A DNA stretch of 64,000 nucleotides from Octopus vulgaris (Eukaryota): contig OX597832.1 in assembly GCA_951406725.2 (NCBI GenBank), positions 41,416,001 to 41,480,000 of the forward strand, written 5' to 3'. The notes beneath the pieces are model-generated. The model ran no database searches. It worked only from the letters and a program-made list of their open reading frames with translations, and had not been told where the DNA came from. Shown piece by piece: positions 13,232 through 27,500 of the stretch. The position numbers and the translations under genes are program-made. How positions within the stretch are numbered: the stretch's first letter is position 1; each line of letters begins with the position of its first letter.

Positions 13232-13453
13232 CTCAGCATAATAAAATCCATCCAGTTTAGTGTTTGGATTTGTCTTATTATGGTCAAATGTTAAGCTGGC
13301 AGCGGTGAAAGCATTTAGCATTACCAACAACAGCAACGAGATGTGGAAGACATTGGAACGTAGGATCTTTTGGAATATGGGAGGTGCTCGGCCTTGAGCC
13401 TTGTCTTCGTCAATAAAAACAAGTTTCCACGTAACACCATCACTTTGAATAAC
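13232..13453 (-). CDS. NALCN: NALCN coding exon 8 (I-II linker, DII S1)
   Basis: ctgtag|VIQSDGVTWKLVFIDEDKAQGRAPPIFQKILRSNVFHISLLLLVMLNAFTAASLTFDHNKTNPNTKLDGFYYAE|gtataa. 222 nt. Confidence 0.93.
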
Positions 13454-13630
13454 CTACAGAAAAAATAATATATATATATATCATATAAACAGGTTTGGTG
13501 ATACAAACTGGAAAATAGGATTCAAAACATGAGTTACAGAGTGACTCAAGGCATGAGAGTCTGAAAAGTGCCAATGCACAAATCTCTTGGCCCATGAGTC
13601 ACTCTGTAACTTCTGCCAAAAAAAAAAAAA

Positions 13631-13890
13631 AATATATATATTAAATTAGAGATAAAACCACTATTAGGCAAATCAAACAGTGAAAAACATAAACCAAAAC
13701 ATAGAAATAAAATTAATTAATAATTAAAATTTTTAATTAATTTTATTTCTATGTTTTGGTTTATGTTTTTCACTGTTTGATTTGCCTAATAGTAGTTTTA
13801 TCTCTAATTTAATATATATATTTATACTGTAAAATTAGATTTAATCTTAAATCTAATTTTTCCTATAAGTTTGGATTTACTCCCTAATAT

Positions 13891-13895
<5 letters not shown>
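13631..13895. repeat. Fold-back element (palindrome 13631-13822), same family as 59765-60405
   Basis: GAGATAAAACCACTATTAGGC...GCCTAATAGTAGTTTTATCTC arms. The flank CTCCCTAATATTAT matches the reverse complement of 59765-59780. Confidence 0.85.
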
Positions 13896-13949
<54 letters not shown>

Positions 13950-14655
13950 AAATCTAAGAACCCATAAGTCATAAAAAATATGTACTTGTATATCTGTCAA
14001 TAGAGTGGCAAATTTATCAAAGCGTACAGCATTATAGATCCATTTTGGCCGATCTTGCCAAATCAGTTTCGCACTACTGACTCAATGAAGTGTTAACCCT
14101 TGCTCAGTTTGTTTTGTTATCTTTTTACACAGCAATAGGAGCAGGTATGGCTGTGTGGATAAGAAGCTCACTTTTCAACCATATGGTTTCAGGTTCAGTC
14201 CCTTAAGAAAGTGTCTTCTGTTACAGCCGTGGGCTGACCAGCCTTGTGAGTGGATTTGGTAGATTGAAACAGCAAGGAAGCCTCTGTGTGTGCATGTGTG
14301 TGTCTCTCTCTCTCTTTGCATTTGCCATTACTTGACAACTGGTGCTTGTTTTTTTATGTTCTTATATATTAGCAATGTGCTAATGCAAAAGAGACCAACA
14401 GTATAAGTAACAGGCAACAGACTTAAAAATAAGTTCTGAGATTGATCTGTTTGGCTAAGAACTTTCAAAGCAATGCCCAAGCAAGGCTGCAGTTCAATGA
14501 CTGAAACTAGTAGAAGATAACTATGATAGTAAACTCAATAGTTCAAAAATATAAGCCACAACAAAAGTAACATCCTCAGATAATCTTTAATAAAATGACT
14601 TGCCTCAGATAAATTTGAATAAAAAGTTTACAAAAGTAAAAAAGAGAAGTTTTAC

Positions 14656-14760
14656 CTGAGATGAGTCCGAATTAGCATCACTGCCTCTAGGTCCCCACAT
14701 AGTTTGAAATTGAACCCTTATTTCAGCAAAAGTTTCAATTATCACAGCTATAAAAACATT
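14656..14760 (-). CDS. NALCN: NALCN coding exon 7 (DI S6 end, I-II linker)
   Basis: ttccag|NVFIAVIIETFAEIRVQFQTMWGPRGSDANSDSSQ|gtaaaa. 105 nt. Confidence 0.96.
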
Positions 14761-16119
14761 CTGGAAAGAAAAAAAAATATTTAATAAACATACAACAAAA
14801 TAAAGGTTACATCAGAAAGAAAGTGTGTGTCTGTGTATGATTTTTCTTTGAGCTCTATTTTAAGGTCTTCTTGAGAGAGTTCAAGACAGTTGCTAACAAA
14901 GTGACAAGACTTTTTGAGTTAAGAGGGTTTGCAGTGTTTGTAAATATGTGGTTGAGTCAGCACGTGAGTTGAACTGTTAATGCACACACCCAAGTGTAGG
15001 TATCTATTCACATAAGAATCTCTTATGGATAACTTTTGGAATGTCTTACAGATCTTCACAGTGCCACAAATAGATTGGATTTGGAGACTCTGTGTCAGTT
15101 TCTTTTTTGCTCTTTTTCCATGAAACTAAGTATTTGTTTGTTTGTATGTATGCATGCATGTACATATGTATGTATGTACGTATGTATGGGGGGATGTATT
15201 TACAATTAATCCTATTAATTTACAATTAATCCTGTGGTATATTGAGATTTAATCTCAATATACCACAGCTGCAATGATGGACTTTCTATCACTTCTGTAA
15301 AAGTGTTATCAATGCTATGAGATTTGTATATAGTCTCACTGGATGCACAAGTACACAAAATCACATAAATTTCGTATATATATATATATATATATATATC
15401 CCTCTCTCTCTCTTTTGGAGAGGCACTGAGCACTTATACACACACGGCAGTAACTTCCGCCTACCGAATTCAATCACAAAGCTTCGGTCGACTCGGGGCT
15501 ATAGCAGAAGACACCTGCCCAAAGTGCCACGCAGTGGGACTGAACCCGAAACTATGTAGCTAGGAAGCAAGCTTCCTAACCACACAGCCATGCCTGCGCC
15601 TACTATATATATATAAATGTATGTATTTGTGTGCCTGTGTTTATCCCCCCACCATCACTTGACAACTGACGTTGGTGTGTTTACATCCCTGTAACTTAGC
15701 AGTTTAGCAAAAGAAACGGTTAGAATAAGTACTCGGCTTACAGAGGATAAGTCCTGAGGGTTGATTTGTTCAACTAAAGGCGATGCTCCAGCATGGCCAC
15801 AGTCAAATGACTGAAATAAGTATAAGAATAAAAGAACATATATACGTCGCTTAGGCATTGCAAAATTAATACCCTGGGTAGAACTCAATATGTGTATGCC
15901 TCTGAACGAAATGTTTGTTGAGTACAGAGCAGTAATAATAAAAGAGATGACAAAGGAATAACTTCATTAGTTTACAACTGCTTCCACTGTAAGATGCAGT
16001 AAATACGTTTTTGCTTTCCCAAATAAAATGTATTTCATGATTGAGGCTCAACTGATACTCAGGGATTCAACTATGAGCCCACTGCATCTTATTGTAGAAA
16101 CAGCTAATTAAGTTTCGGG

Positions 16120-16662
16120 CTGCTTCCTGCACCAGTCCCGCATAGCCCCCGCCCATCCAAAGTACCTTGGATTCCAGAACATCCCACTGTGCTTGAGGAG
16201 ACCTGTTGAGTCATGAACATGAACATCGAAATAAATATCAATGGAAATAGTAGTTGTGATACCTGTGCCGGTGGCACATAAAAAGCACCATCCGAACATG
16301 GCCGATGCCAGCGCTGCCTCGACTGGCTCCAGTCCCGGTGGCACATAAAAAACACTATCCAAACGTGACCGATGCCAGCGCCACCTCGACTGGCTTCTGT
16401 GCCGGTGGCACATAAAAAGCACCATCCGAACCGGACCGATGCCAGCGCCGCCTTGACTGGCTTCCGTGCCGGTGGCACATTAAAAGCACCAACCAATCGT
16501 GGCCGAAGCCAGATTCCCCTGGCACCTAAAAAGCACCCACTACACTTGCGGAGTGGTTGGCGTTAGGAAGGGCATCCAGCTGTAGAAACACTGCCAGATC
16601 AGTGGTCGAACCGTCTAACCTGTGCTAGCGCAGAAAACGGACGTTAAACGATGATGATGATG
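16120..16662 (+). mobile_element. Interspersed retroposon family C with internal ~60-bp tandem units and (TGA)n tail; copies at about 11140-11420 (-), 21960-22190, 23400-23700, 25260-25660, 42500-42750 (-), 47410-47830, 54100-54400
   Basis: Repeated GTGCCGGTGGCACATAAAAAGCACC units, then GGAGTGGTTGGCGTTAGGAAGGGCATCCAGCTGTAGAAAC...GGACGTTAAACGATGATGATG. Confidence 0.85.
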
Positions 16663-16666
16663 TTTA

Positions 16667-16921
<255 letters not shown>

Positions 16922-17185
16922 TTAGTTTCGATATTTTACAATTAATTATTGAAAATTACAAAATATATTTCCATAAAAGGATTCATTAGAGAGATAATGG
17001 GTGGTGGGATTGTTTTAAGGAAGAAACTGGGTGAGAGGGGGACAGTTGTGTACACACACACACACACCCATCTCTTCCTGTTACAGGAAATAAAACAAAT
17101 AAGAATTTGAAGATATTCTGGCATAAAAAAAACCATTGCAAATTATCGTTTACTTAGTCATGTCAGGGAATTCTATCTCAGTTGT

Positions 17186-17461
17186 TTAACCCTTTCGTTA
17201 CCAACCTGGCTCTGAGTACAAATGTCTTGATTTCATAAGTTTTGAATTAAAATCATCCAATTTATGTTCCTAACACTTGCTGAATGATAACTAAGTTATT
17301 TTACTAAATTCTTTGTTATATTTAAAATTAATTGAAAGAAACACAGAGCATAAACTGTGACTAAAGTTTGGTGGAAGATTTTAATTCAAAACTTATGAAA
17401 ACAAGACATTTGTACTCAGAGCCAGAACCGGTTTCAGCCGGGTTAGTAACGAAAGGGTTAA
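17186..17461. mobile_element. TTAA-flanked MITE (piggyBac-like ends); relatives at 27671-27900, about 55120-55554 (SINE-interrupted) and 62235-62462
   Basis: TTAA-CCCTTTCGTTACCAACC ... GGTTAGTAACGAAAGGG-TTAA terminal inverted repeats. The body is shared with 27671-27900. Confidence 0.8.
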
Positions 17462-17647
17462 AAGACCCAGTGAGACCACCACAAAACCACAATAAACATT
17501 ACAGTACAATCCTTATAAAACAACGCAACCACACTAAACACTCCAACACAGCTTCACTAAACATTGCAGGACACCCACACTAAACACTACAAACAGTAAT
17601 GCACACTGCCATACAATCATAATAAATTTATCAACATAAAAACTTAC

Positions 17648-17793
17648 CAAACATATCAAAGCCATCAAAACCACTTTGCTTGCGATTGAGCTGCAAAGCT
17701 ATACACTCCATTCCTAAGGGACATTGGTAGCCTGATCCCCGATCAGGGGAACAGAACGTATCAGGAATTGCAAACGACTCCAAAGACACATTT
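17648..17793 (-). CDS. NALCN: NALCN coding exon 5 (DI extracellular turret)
   Basis: tctag|NVSLESFAIPDTFCSPDRGSGYQCPLGMECIALQLNRKQSGFDGFDMF|gtaagt. 146 nt. AIPDTxCSP and GYQCP motifs as in NALCN. Confidence 0.95.
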
Positions 17794-18556
17794 CTAGATT
17801 TAAAAGTGAGAGCAAGGAGGAAAGAAAAGAAAATTAATTAAGTTCAATGGATGAGGTGAGTTATTAATAAGAATTATTTTTCCTGAGAATTAACTTTATC
17901 TACAGAAATAATTTCCTTTTCAATATCCATATGCATACTGTTTCAATCCCACCACAAAGTCCAGTCCCTGTTGCAGTGTGGGGAGCTGCGTGCCTCAATG
18001 ATTCTGAGAGCTATGCTAGCAGAGAACAAGTTCCTGGCAGGGCTTCTCATGCAGGACTGGTCAAAAGACAAGGCCAGACTAATGTGGATCATCTCTTCCC
18101 AGAGGCAAAAACATCATGCAGCAAAACATCCGATGACAGTCAAAGATGGAACCGATTGAACTGTATCTCTTAAGCCTTTCACTCCCTCTGTAGCATAAAC
18201 CATCAACAACTGTGCTTGACTGTGGGCTGTCTTTTCTGCTCCTCTCCAGTTGGATCTCTGCTTTTACAATTCTGCCTCAGTGTAGAAGTGTTCTGTCTTC
18301 TGCTTCCCCTGTGGGCTCATGTGTTACCCTGAGGGAAGGCCTTCTTCTCCTAGGTCTTGCTGGTTTTGAATTGTCGATGATGTCTCTGCAACTTTGCTTT
18401 TTTTTTTATATCTAGATAGATATCTTTTGGCCCACCCTGTATAATACATCTGAGTAAAACATGTTTGGTAAGGCCTGGCCTGAGTCTAAACAACAACAAC
18501 AACAACAATTATTTTGGCTATGAAAGTTAAGAGCAACAAAGGGAGCAGACTACTTA

Positions 18557-18826
<270 letters not shown>

Positions 18827-19692
18827 TTAATTTATCAACCTCGAAAGGATGAAAGGCAAAGCTGACCTCGGCAGAATTTGAACTCAGAATATAAAGTTGG
18901 ACAAGACGCTGCTAAGCATTTTGCCCAGTGTGCTATCAATCCTGCCAGGTGCAAGTCAATTAAATTGATCTTGTACTCGACAGGTAGTTTACTTTATCAA
19001 CTTTGTAAAGATGAAAGGTGAAGTTGAAATCAGTGAGGTTTGAACTCAGAATGTAAAGCACCAGAATGAATACCACAAAGCATTTTGTTTAAAACTTTAA
19101 CAATTCTGTCAGTTCACCTTTCTCAATTGTTTCTGATTTAGGCACAAGGCCAGCAATTCTGAGAGGAGGAGCTGGTTGATTACACTAACCCCAGTACATG
19201 ACTGGTATTTTGTTTTATTGGCCAGAGAGGATGAAAGGTAAAGCAGAATTTGAACTCAGAGCATAAAGAGCCAGAACAAATATTAAAACATAAATCTCTT
19301 TACTCAAGAGTTATATTTAACTTATATAGAATCCTCTTTAGATTTCTGACCTCTTCGGTTTTGACAACAAAATGATAGTTGTAAATGGGTATAACTGTCA
19401 TACAAGCAAAATCCTTCGTTTACAATCTTCTACGAGGACATGTTTGGTCATGGGGAAATATTACCTTCCTCGGAAACAGATGAGAGTTGGGGATAGGATG
19501 GACATCTGTCTGTAGAAATTCTACCTCAACAAATTCTGTCTGACCCATGTTTGCATGGGAAAAGTGGACATTGAAGTGATGATATGTGTATGTGTGTGTG
19601 TATATGAGTGCATATGAATGCATGCATACATGCAGAGAAAGAGAGAGGGAGAGAGAAAAACAGATAGACAGGAGACAAGAAATAAGACTTAC

Positions 19693-19832
19693 TTAAAAAT
19701 TGAGTTAATTCTTGTTTTGGGTAACTGAAACTTGAGGAAGACTCTGAACACGCGAACTAGGATGAGAGGTCGAGGACATCTTAATAGGGACAAGAAAGCA
19801 TAGTCTGAACTTATTTCTCGCATTTCAAATAT
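19693..19832 (-). CDS. NALCN: NALCN coding exon 3 (DI S4)
   Basis: tttcag|IFEMREISSDYAFLSLLRCPRPLILVRVFRVFLKFQLPKTRINSIF(K)|gtaagt. 140 nt. Contains the NALCN-type LRxPRPLI voltage sensor. Confidence 0.95.
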
Positions 19833-20849
19833 CTGAAAAACAAAAGAAAACATACATCAGAAACATGCACCATCATCTACACATCACCAATACCATCACC
19901 AGCAGGTAGATGTGAAACGTGAGACTTTTGAAAAAGGTTAAAGGGAATTTTATTGCCCTTGCTCTTCCTAACTTCCTAACTATATGTTTTAGGTTAGATC
20001 CTATACTACTTGTGAGTAAAATTTGGTAGATGAAAACTGTGTGGAAGCCCATCTGTGTGTGAGTGTGTGTGTCTCAGCATACCTTTGCAACTGACTCTGC
20101 TTGAGCAGCGGTGATGTTTGGTTTATGTTCCACAATTTTGTGGTTCAACATGTGAAAACTAGAGGAATAAGTGACTATATTTCAAAACAAAGTTTGGCAA
20201 CAAGAGAGATATCTGGTTGTAGAAAACTGCTTCATCCAGCCCATGGAAACATAGAAAAAGTAGAAATGATGATGATTAAATCATACATTTGAAAAAACAT
20301 GTTTTAAATGCTTAATAAACCCCAGGAGACTCTGAAAGGCTTCCCATTTAGCTCCTGTCTATCAGTATTAGCTAGACAAGAGTGATCTCTCTCTATATAT
20401 ATATACAATGCTGGTCTCTTGCCTGCTGCATTTTCATTTGATTTGGTGCCTATTCTTGACAGCTTGATGATTAATTCTTCTATGCCAAAACAAGGCCAAA
20501 ATACTTGCAGTGGATTTCAACCTAATGTTTGTCTACCTTGTTGCCCAATCTTTAATTCTTGTAATAGGTGAATATACTAAGAGCAATCACATGACTGACC
20601 AGACTATCAGATGCTGTTACACATCACTGGTCACAATGCAATTTATATTGTTTTAGCCTTCAAACGAAGCCACCCTGCTGACTAAGCGAGTTGGCCAAAA
20701 GTAATACTCTAAAACAATGAGTAATACAAATAATAATTACTATGCTACTTTGCTAGTAATTCCTTCTAACAAATAAACCTTTGATATGTATGGAATTAGT
20801 CATGTGGAACTAACTGAGAATCAAAATACAGAGAGAGATTTGGTTAATT

Positions 20850-21170
20850 CAATTCAATTCAATTCAATTTTTATTGGCTCAAAAATCAAAAGCAAGGCCA
20901 TGTAGGGAGACAGGGAATTATGTACAGGGAGGGTGGTCATACAAAGAGTTCAGGCCATTTCTGGTCAAGAGAGACTTTGAACCAAGTGGCCGTTGGCATC
21001 TATACTATCTCGTCTGGCAGCTTATTCCACAGATCCGCAACCCGGACGGAGAAAGCCCCTCTCCTTCGATTGAGATGAAATCGTCGTAGATAGATCTTTT
21101 CGGAGCGACCCCGCAGCCCACGCTCTGGAGCAGGAGTGAAGAACAGCTCAGTTAAGTGAGAACTTACATG
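20850..21170 (-). mobile_element. CR1-group LINE 3' end (second family) with (TTGAA)n tail
   Basis: FTPAPERGLRGRSEKIYLRRFHLNRRRGAFSVRVADLWNKLP motif on the minus strand, followed by a pentanucleotide tail. Confidence 0.75.
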
Positions 21171-21241
21171 CAGATCACATGACCAACATTATGTTATAGC
21201 TTGTAACAGAAGACTGAAATATTGTAATGTTAATACATTTA

Positions 21242-21364
<123 letters not shown>

Positions 21365-22656
21365 CTAAAATGAAGAAAAAAGAATATAACTTCAACTCAA
21401 AAGACAATATTTTTAACAACATCAATTAAATTATTATTAATGTTTCAAGAAACAAAGTCTGAATTTTCTACTACTATCTCTTGAAAATATGCCAAAAACA
21501 TCCCTGATAAATACATTGATCAGTTATGAGAGGAGAGAGTATCAATGAACTGGATAAAATAAACAAGGAAAGTGTTTGGTAGAGCTTATAATCAAGATGT
21601 AAAAGTAAAAACAGGAAAACCCTTTAAAATATCTTTTCATTTAGTATACAGTTTCAACAGTAAATGACATCATCATCACTGTTATCATCATTTAATGTCC
21701 ATGTTCCATGCTGGCATGGGCCAAATGGTTTGATAGGATTTGACAGGTCCAAGAATTGCAATATACTCCAAATGTCTGCTTTCGCATGGTTTCTCCAGCT
21801 GGGTGTCCTTTCTAGTGGGTGTCCTTTACAACACATACTGGGTGTTTTTTGGGGGGCACCAGCAATAGTGAGGTTGCCATGCAGTTGTCAAGACAAAGAT
21901 CCCCTTTGAATGAATGGGGAGCTAAGGGTACAACCTGCACTTCATGTGATAGAAAAAAAAACACTTGAGCGTGCCCATTGCCAGTACCGCCTGACTGGCC
22001 CTCGTGCCGATGGCACGTAAAAGTACCCACTACACTCTCGGAGTGGTTGGCATTAGGAAGGGCATCCAGCTGTAGAAACTCTGCCAGATCTGATTGGAGC
22101 CTGCTGAGGCCATCTGGTTCGCCAGTCCTCAGTCAAATCGTCCAACCCATGCTAGCATGGAAAGTGGACGTTAAACGATGATGATGATGATACACATATA
22201 TATACATACATACATACATATATATACATACACACATATATATATATATATGTATATATATATACACTACATATATATATACTACATATTTGTTTTCTTG
22301 TGATTTAGCTTGCATTTTCTTTGCATTGTTTTGCCCTTATCCACAATCCTTTATACAATATATTCTACACAATGCTTCATAGTAATATATATATATATAT
22401 ATATATTCACACACATATATGTTTGACCATTGTGTTGATCATTTTCAAAGGACTAGGGGAAATATATATCATCTTGCTTGGAAAACCAGGTGAGCGTTGA
22501 TTAGAGGAAAAGCATTTGGCTATACAAAACAGACCTCAATAAATTTTGTGTGACTTATGCAAGTAGAGAAAACTGGACATTAAAACAATGACAATGATAA
22601 TAATATGTTGACGATTAACACGGATGACAACAAGTATTTTTAAAAAATGGTCTTAC

Positions 22657-22947
22657 CTTGACAATGCCTCGTATATGCATTTCAGCTATCATCTCTGTTG
22701 TAAACAGAAATGTAATAAGTAAATCTGTGATGAAGGTGACATATTTTAATTTTGGTTGATATTCAAATGTCTTAGGGGTGTTCATACTAACAGATATCAT
22801 ACTAATTAGGGCACAAACGCGAAACATTCGTCGAACCCAAGCTTTTTTCACCCAGTCGATATCTGTGGTATCATTGACATTTTCGTCTGGTCCGTAATCA
22901 GATAGTGCCATGTTTTCTCGGAAACTTGTCTTTCTGTTTACAAGCAT
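22657..22947 (-). CDS. NALCN: NALCN first coding exon (N-terminus, domain I S1-S2)
   Basis: MLVNRKTSFRENMALSDYGPDENVNDTTDIDWV...ISVSMNTPKTFEYQPKLKYVTF...EMIAEMHIRGIVK closely parallels the vertebrate NALCN N-terminus (DFGPDESLSD...MNTPMTFEHYP...MHIRGIVK). 291 nt, donor AAG|GTAAGA. The exon likely extends through 5'UTR to a ttccttttcag acceptor at 23157. Confidence 0.96.
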
Positions 22948-24317
22948 GACTAGCTAGAGCCTACACAGAGGGGTGTGTGTGTGTGGAAGAACGTCACAAC
23001 TAGAGCAAAGAGTTGATTAAATAGAATGTTATCAAAGAGAAATCAAACTGATTCCTCACAGGAATTCTCACAGTGAAGTTTTGCCTTGACATCTTCATCT
23101 TAGTTGAGTAATGGAAACAATAATATTGAAGATATTAATGAAAATGTTCCACCACATCTGAAAAGGAAAGACACAGAAAACATAAATTTAAGCAGCAGTT
23201 AATTAATTTGAAATGTGGAAAATATTAATTAATATAATTGAATACATTTTTAAGCAGTGCAGGTTTTAAAACAACATCCACATGATTTTGGATACAATCC
23301 TATTGTGTGGAATCTTAAGCATCTTGTGTGGTGTCTTTTGCTATAGCTCCAGGCTGGTAAGTAAATTTGATGAATGGAAACTGTTTAGAATATATATGTG
23401 CTACCTGTGCCGGTGGCACGTAAAAAGCACCATCCGAATGTGGCCGATGCCAGCGCTGCCTTGACTGGCTTCTGTGCCGGTGGCACGTAAAAAGCACCAA
23501 CAGATCGTGGCCACTGTCAGCCTCTCCTGGCACGTAGAAAGCACCCACTACACTCACGGAGTGGTTGGCGTTAGGAAGGGCATCCAGCTGTAGAAACACT
23601 GCCAGATCAGACTGGGCCTGGTGCAGCCTCCTGGCTTCCCAGATCCCGGTCAAACCGTCCAACCCGTGCTAGCACGGAAAACAGACGTTAAACGATGATA
23701 ACAAACGACCAAGAAATCTGACACCTGAGATGACAAAGGACCAAGATATCTGGCGCTTTGCTGTACTCAAGAAGCTCCGTCCTTCACAGCAGAAGCGTTA
23801 ATGCCTAGCCAGCTCCTGTCAAACCTATGCCACATGGAAAGCCCACATTAAATGATGATAATGATATCCAGGTAGTAAGGATCTTTGAGATCGGAGTAAT
23901 CAACTTAGTAGCACTTGACAAGAGTACCTGGTTAACAGGAATACTGTAAAGGTATATCAACAATACTTATGACTATGTATGTGCATATATTTGTATATAT
24001 GTGTGTATATATGAGTAGTACATATATGTGTGTTTATGTGGTGTGTGCGTGAATGTGTGTGTTTGCCTTTCACCACTTGACAAATGGTGTTGATTTCTTT
24101 ACGTCAACACAACTTAGCAGTTTGGCAAAAAGAAATCAATACTTAGAAATAAGTAGTCAGATCAAATGTATCATTAAATACTTCAAGGCAGCAGCATCCC
24201 AGATGGACAAGTGAATGTTAAACGATAACGATGATATACATTTAGTGAATGATATCATGCCCTTATATATATAACATATGTATACACACACACATATCTA
24301 TCTATCTATCTATCTAG

Positions 24318-24360
<43 letters not shown>

Positions 24361-24394
24361 CAGGAATAAGGAATAAAGATATATATATATATAT

Positions 24395-24597
24395 ATTATT
24401 TAATAAACAGTATATAAATGTATGAGTTACTAATAGTTTCATGTGATGAAAACAACTCAGGCAGTGCCTTTACACAATCCTCAGACCCTGGACATTGTGT
24501 GAAGGCACAAAATGTGTTTTATAAAATACTGAGTTGTTTTCACCACATGAAATTATTTAGTAGCTCATAAAATTATACACTGTGTTTATTAAATAAT
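24395..24597. repeat. Degenerate fold-back element
   Basis: ATTATTTAATAAACA...CATGTGATGAAAACAACTCAG and CTGAGTTGTTTTCACCACATG...TGTTTATTAAATAAT, with an inner GTGCCTTTACACAAT/ATTGTGTGAAGGCAC stem. Confidence 0.8.
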
Positions 24598-27500
24598 ATT
24601 TATCCCTCACCAGGTGGTGTACTTGTTTTGATGATCTTACTATCATGGAACAGTACACTATATATATATATATATTACACACACATTATCTCAAGGTTTG
24701 AATAATGGTTGGGTGTGCTAACTCACAAGTCTAACTATGAGATGACTGGTTATTTTCAACCCGACCAGACTCTTTGTATTATGCAATACAACACACACAA
24801 TACAAACATGAGATTATATAATAAGCAACTGAATAAAAAAAAAATAAATAAAATAAACCATATCAAAAAAAGAAAAAAATACCAGAATATTGCCATATTT
24901 TCAGACAAACCAAATGTGGTCCAAATGTTTTATATAGAAGAGACAAAACAGCAGAATGGTAAACAATATCAGAATGTCAGTAGACTTCTATGAAATTCCT
25001 ACTATACCCTCTTCCTAATGTTTTCCTTTTATGTCTGTATTTTTATGAATAGTTGTAATTTCATATATAATTATGTAAATATGTGTATGTATAATTGTAA
25101 AGATTATAACTTATTAATTACACAAAACATTAACAAATATATGTGTGTGGGGAATGAACATGCGTGTGTGTCTGTGTGTGTGTGACGAAGAGAGAGAGAG
25201 AGACATTTGAAAGTGCTTAGGTTATTTATTATACAAACTGATGAACCAGCTACTTTTAAGCTGTGCCCCGTGCTAGTAGGGTGCTAAGAGCACCATCTAA
25301 GTGTGATCGTTGCCAGGGCGACTAACTGGCTTCCATGCCGGTGGTATGTAGGAGGCACCATTTGAGCGGGATCATTACCAGCATCGCCTTACTGGCACCT
25401 GTGCCGTTGGCATGTGTAAAAAAAAAAAAAAAAAAATTCAAGCGAGGTCATTGCCAGTAGCACCTGACTGGCCCCCATGCTAGTGGCACGTAAAAGCACT
25501 CACTACACTCTCGGAGTGGTTGGCGTTAGGAAGGGCATCAAGCTGTAGAAACTCTGCCAGATCAAGACTGGAGCCTGGTGCAGCCATCTGGTTCGCCAGC
25601 CTACAGTCAAACCGTCCAACCCATGCTAGCATGGAAAGCAGACGTTAAACGATGATGATGAGGAGGAGGATGAGGATGGTGAAAGTTGTGAAGGCAGCTT
25701 TGATGTAGTAGTTAGCACAACTATATGATTTAATGAAGATACTGTAATTGAATCTTGCAGGGGAGGAAGCAATCTCTCTCCTCTTTCTATTTTACATCAT
25801 CGTCTTCTAATGACTATCTTCCATGCTGGGATGTGTTTCATGATTGACAGGATCTGATGGGTCCAAGGACAATATTGTGCTCCAGTGTCTGCTTTGGCAT
25901 GGTCTTTTATGGCTGATGCCCTTCCTAATGCCAAACACTTTACAGAGTGTATTGGGTGGTTTTTCATGGTACCAGGATGAGTGAGGTTGCCATACAACAA
26001 CCAAAACTGAGTAGAGCTACAGTCGAGAGGGAGGTAGATGAAGGAGGTAGTTTTATGCTATGTATATAGAAAACAAACACACTAACATAATAATAATAAC
26101 AATAATAATAATAATCCTTAAACAACCCTTATTCAGGGACCTTTAGAGTGGGATGGGTTACTCGACCAGAAGAACATTCTAACTGGGCCCCACCTGCAAG
26201 GTCATGCGCTGTGTATCTTGATATGAGATCACTATGTCGCGCACATATGGTTGTGATGCATGTGCCCAGTGTATCCTTATCAGATAGGTAGTCGCGATGG
26301 GTATACTGGGCTTCGTATATTTTACACCAGTGTCACTTTGATGGCATGCACTGCTCTCTCACTCAATAATAATAATAATAATAATAATTTTGGCACAAGG
26401 CCAGCAATTTTGAGGGGAACGGAGGCAAGAACCGGAAAAAACACAGCATTACATTTTTTTAATGCTCTAACAATACTGCCAACTCAGAGCAACAGATAAG
26501 ATGGCATTACAGGGACACATGTTAACACATACACAGATATACAGTGGATGAAAGAAGGGAGAAAAAGTGATGGCATATACAATATGCAAAAACTGATAAT
26601 AGAAAAATGTGATAGAGTCCACAGAGAGGACAACCACCTAGGGTAAATCAAGGAACTCCACAGATCCAAGCTTACTATGAATACTAAGGTGAAGTGGGGT
26701 TTTTGAGCTATGTCCTTCAGTCTACATACTGAGAGTCGACTCTTTTGACTTAGGTCCTGCTCACCATTCTCATCCACCTTTCAACAAATTCATTCGATGT
26801 CACCTTCCTCTTCAAGTGAAACTTGAAAAAATTAATCAGGGCTTGGCTGTCCACATTCATCAAGTCTAAGAAAACTGCCTGCCTTTTCCTAGTCGAAGGA
26901 AAATACTAATGGGGATCTCTACAAGGGATTCAACAGATAACTGGATATGTCCTACAAACAACAACAGCCGTTTAATGAAAACTTTGCAATTGCCAATACT
27001 TGGACACTAAATGAGTGTATACAGGGTAATTACATCTTTCTGTATACATCAGAGACTGACTTGTGTGATGACATTTTTGTTCCAGTAGAATTTTATTGGC
27101 AATGTCTCAGTCAGGTAAGAAATTTCTGGAAATTCACTGGAGTCTTCTGTCCAGAAATCCTCTGGAAAAGACCAATCTCACTGATGCCTAGTATTTCCCT
27201 AAGAATATCACCTCTCTTCTCCACCACTAGTCTACTCTAAAAAATGCGAATATGGAAATTCCACTGGATGCATCACCTGACTGATAGATAGTTGTAACTG
27301 CCTGGTGAAATTCTAGATGCCAAGTACCTAATTTGGTCTTCTCTCAATCTAAGGCTGCAGTTCTGTCAAAGAAATGAGCTGTGAGAAAACATGCTTGACA
27401 AAAAGTAACCATATTTAACCATATCTGCTGACCACTTAGAAACCTTTGCAGATGTTGAATCTTCAGCACGTCGGTGCGTCAACAGCAAGAGGATACCAAG

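Noticed and set aside
13321-13325. Donor TTG|GTAATG ending exon 8 early
   Set aside because: NALCN homology continues in frame to FYYAE|gtataa at 13232, which joins exon 9 correctly.
16240-16540. CRISPR-like regularly spaced repeats
   Set aside because: The DNA is eukaryotic, the spacers resemble each other, and the units are internal tandem repeats of a dispersed retroposon.
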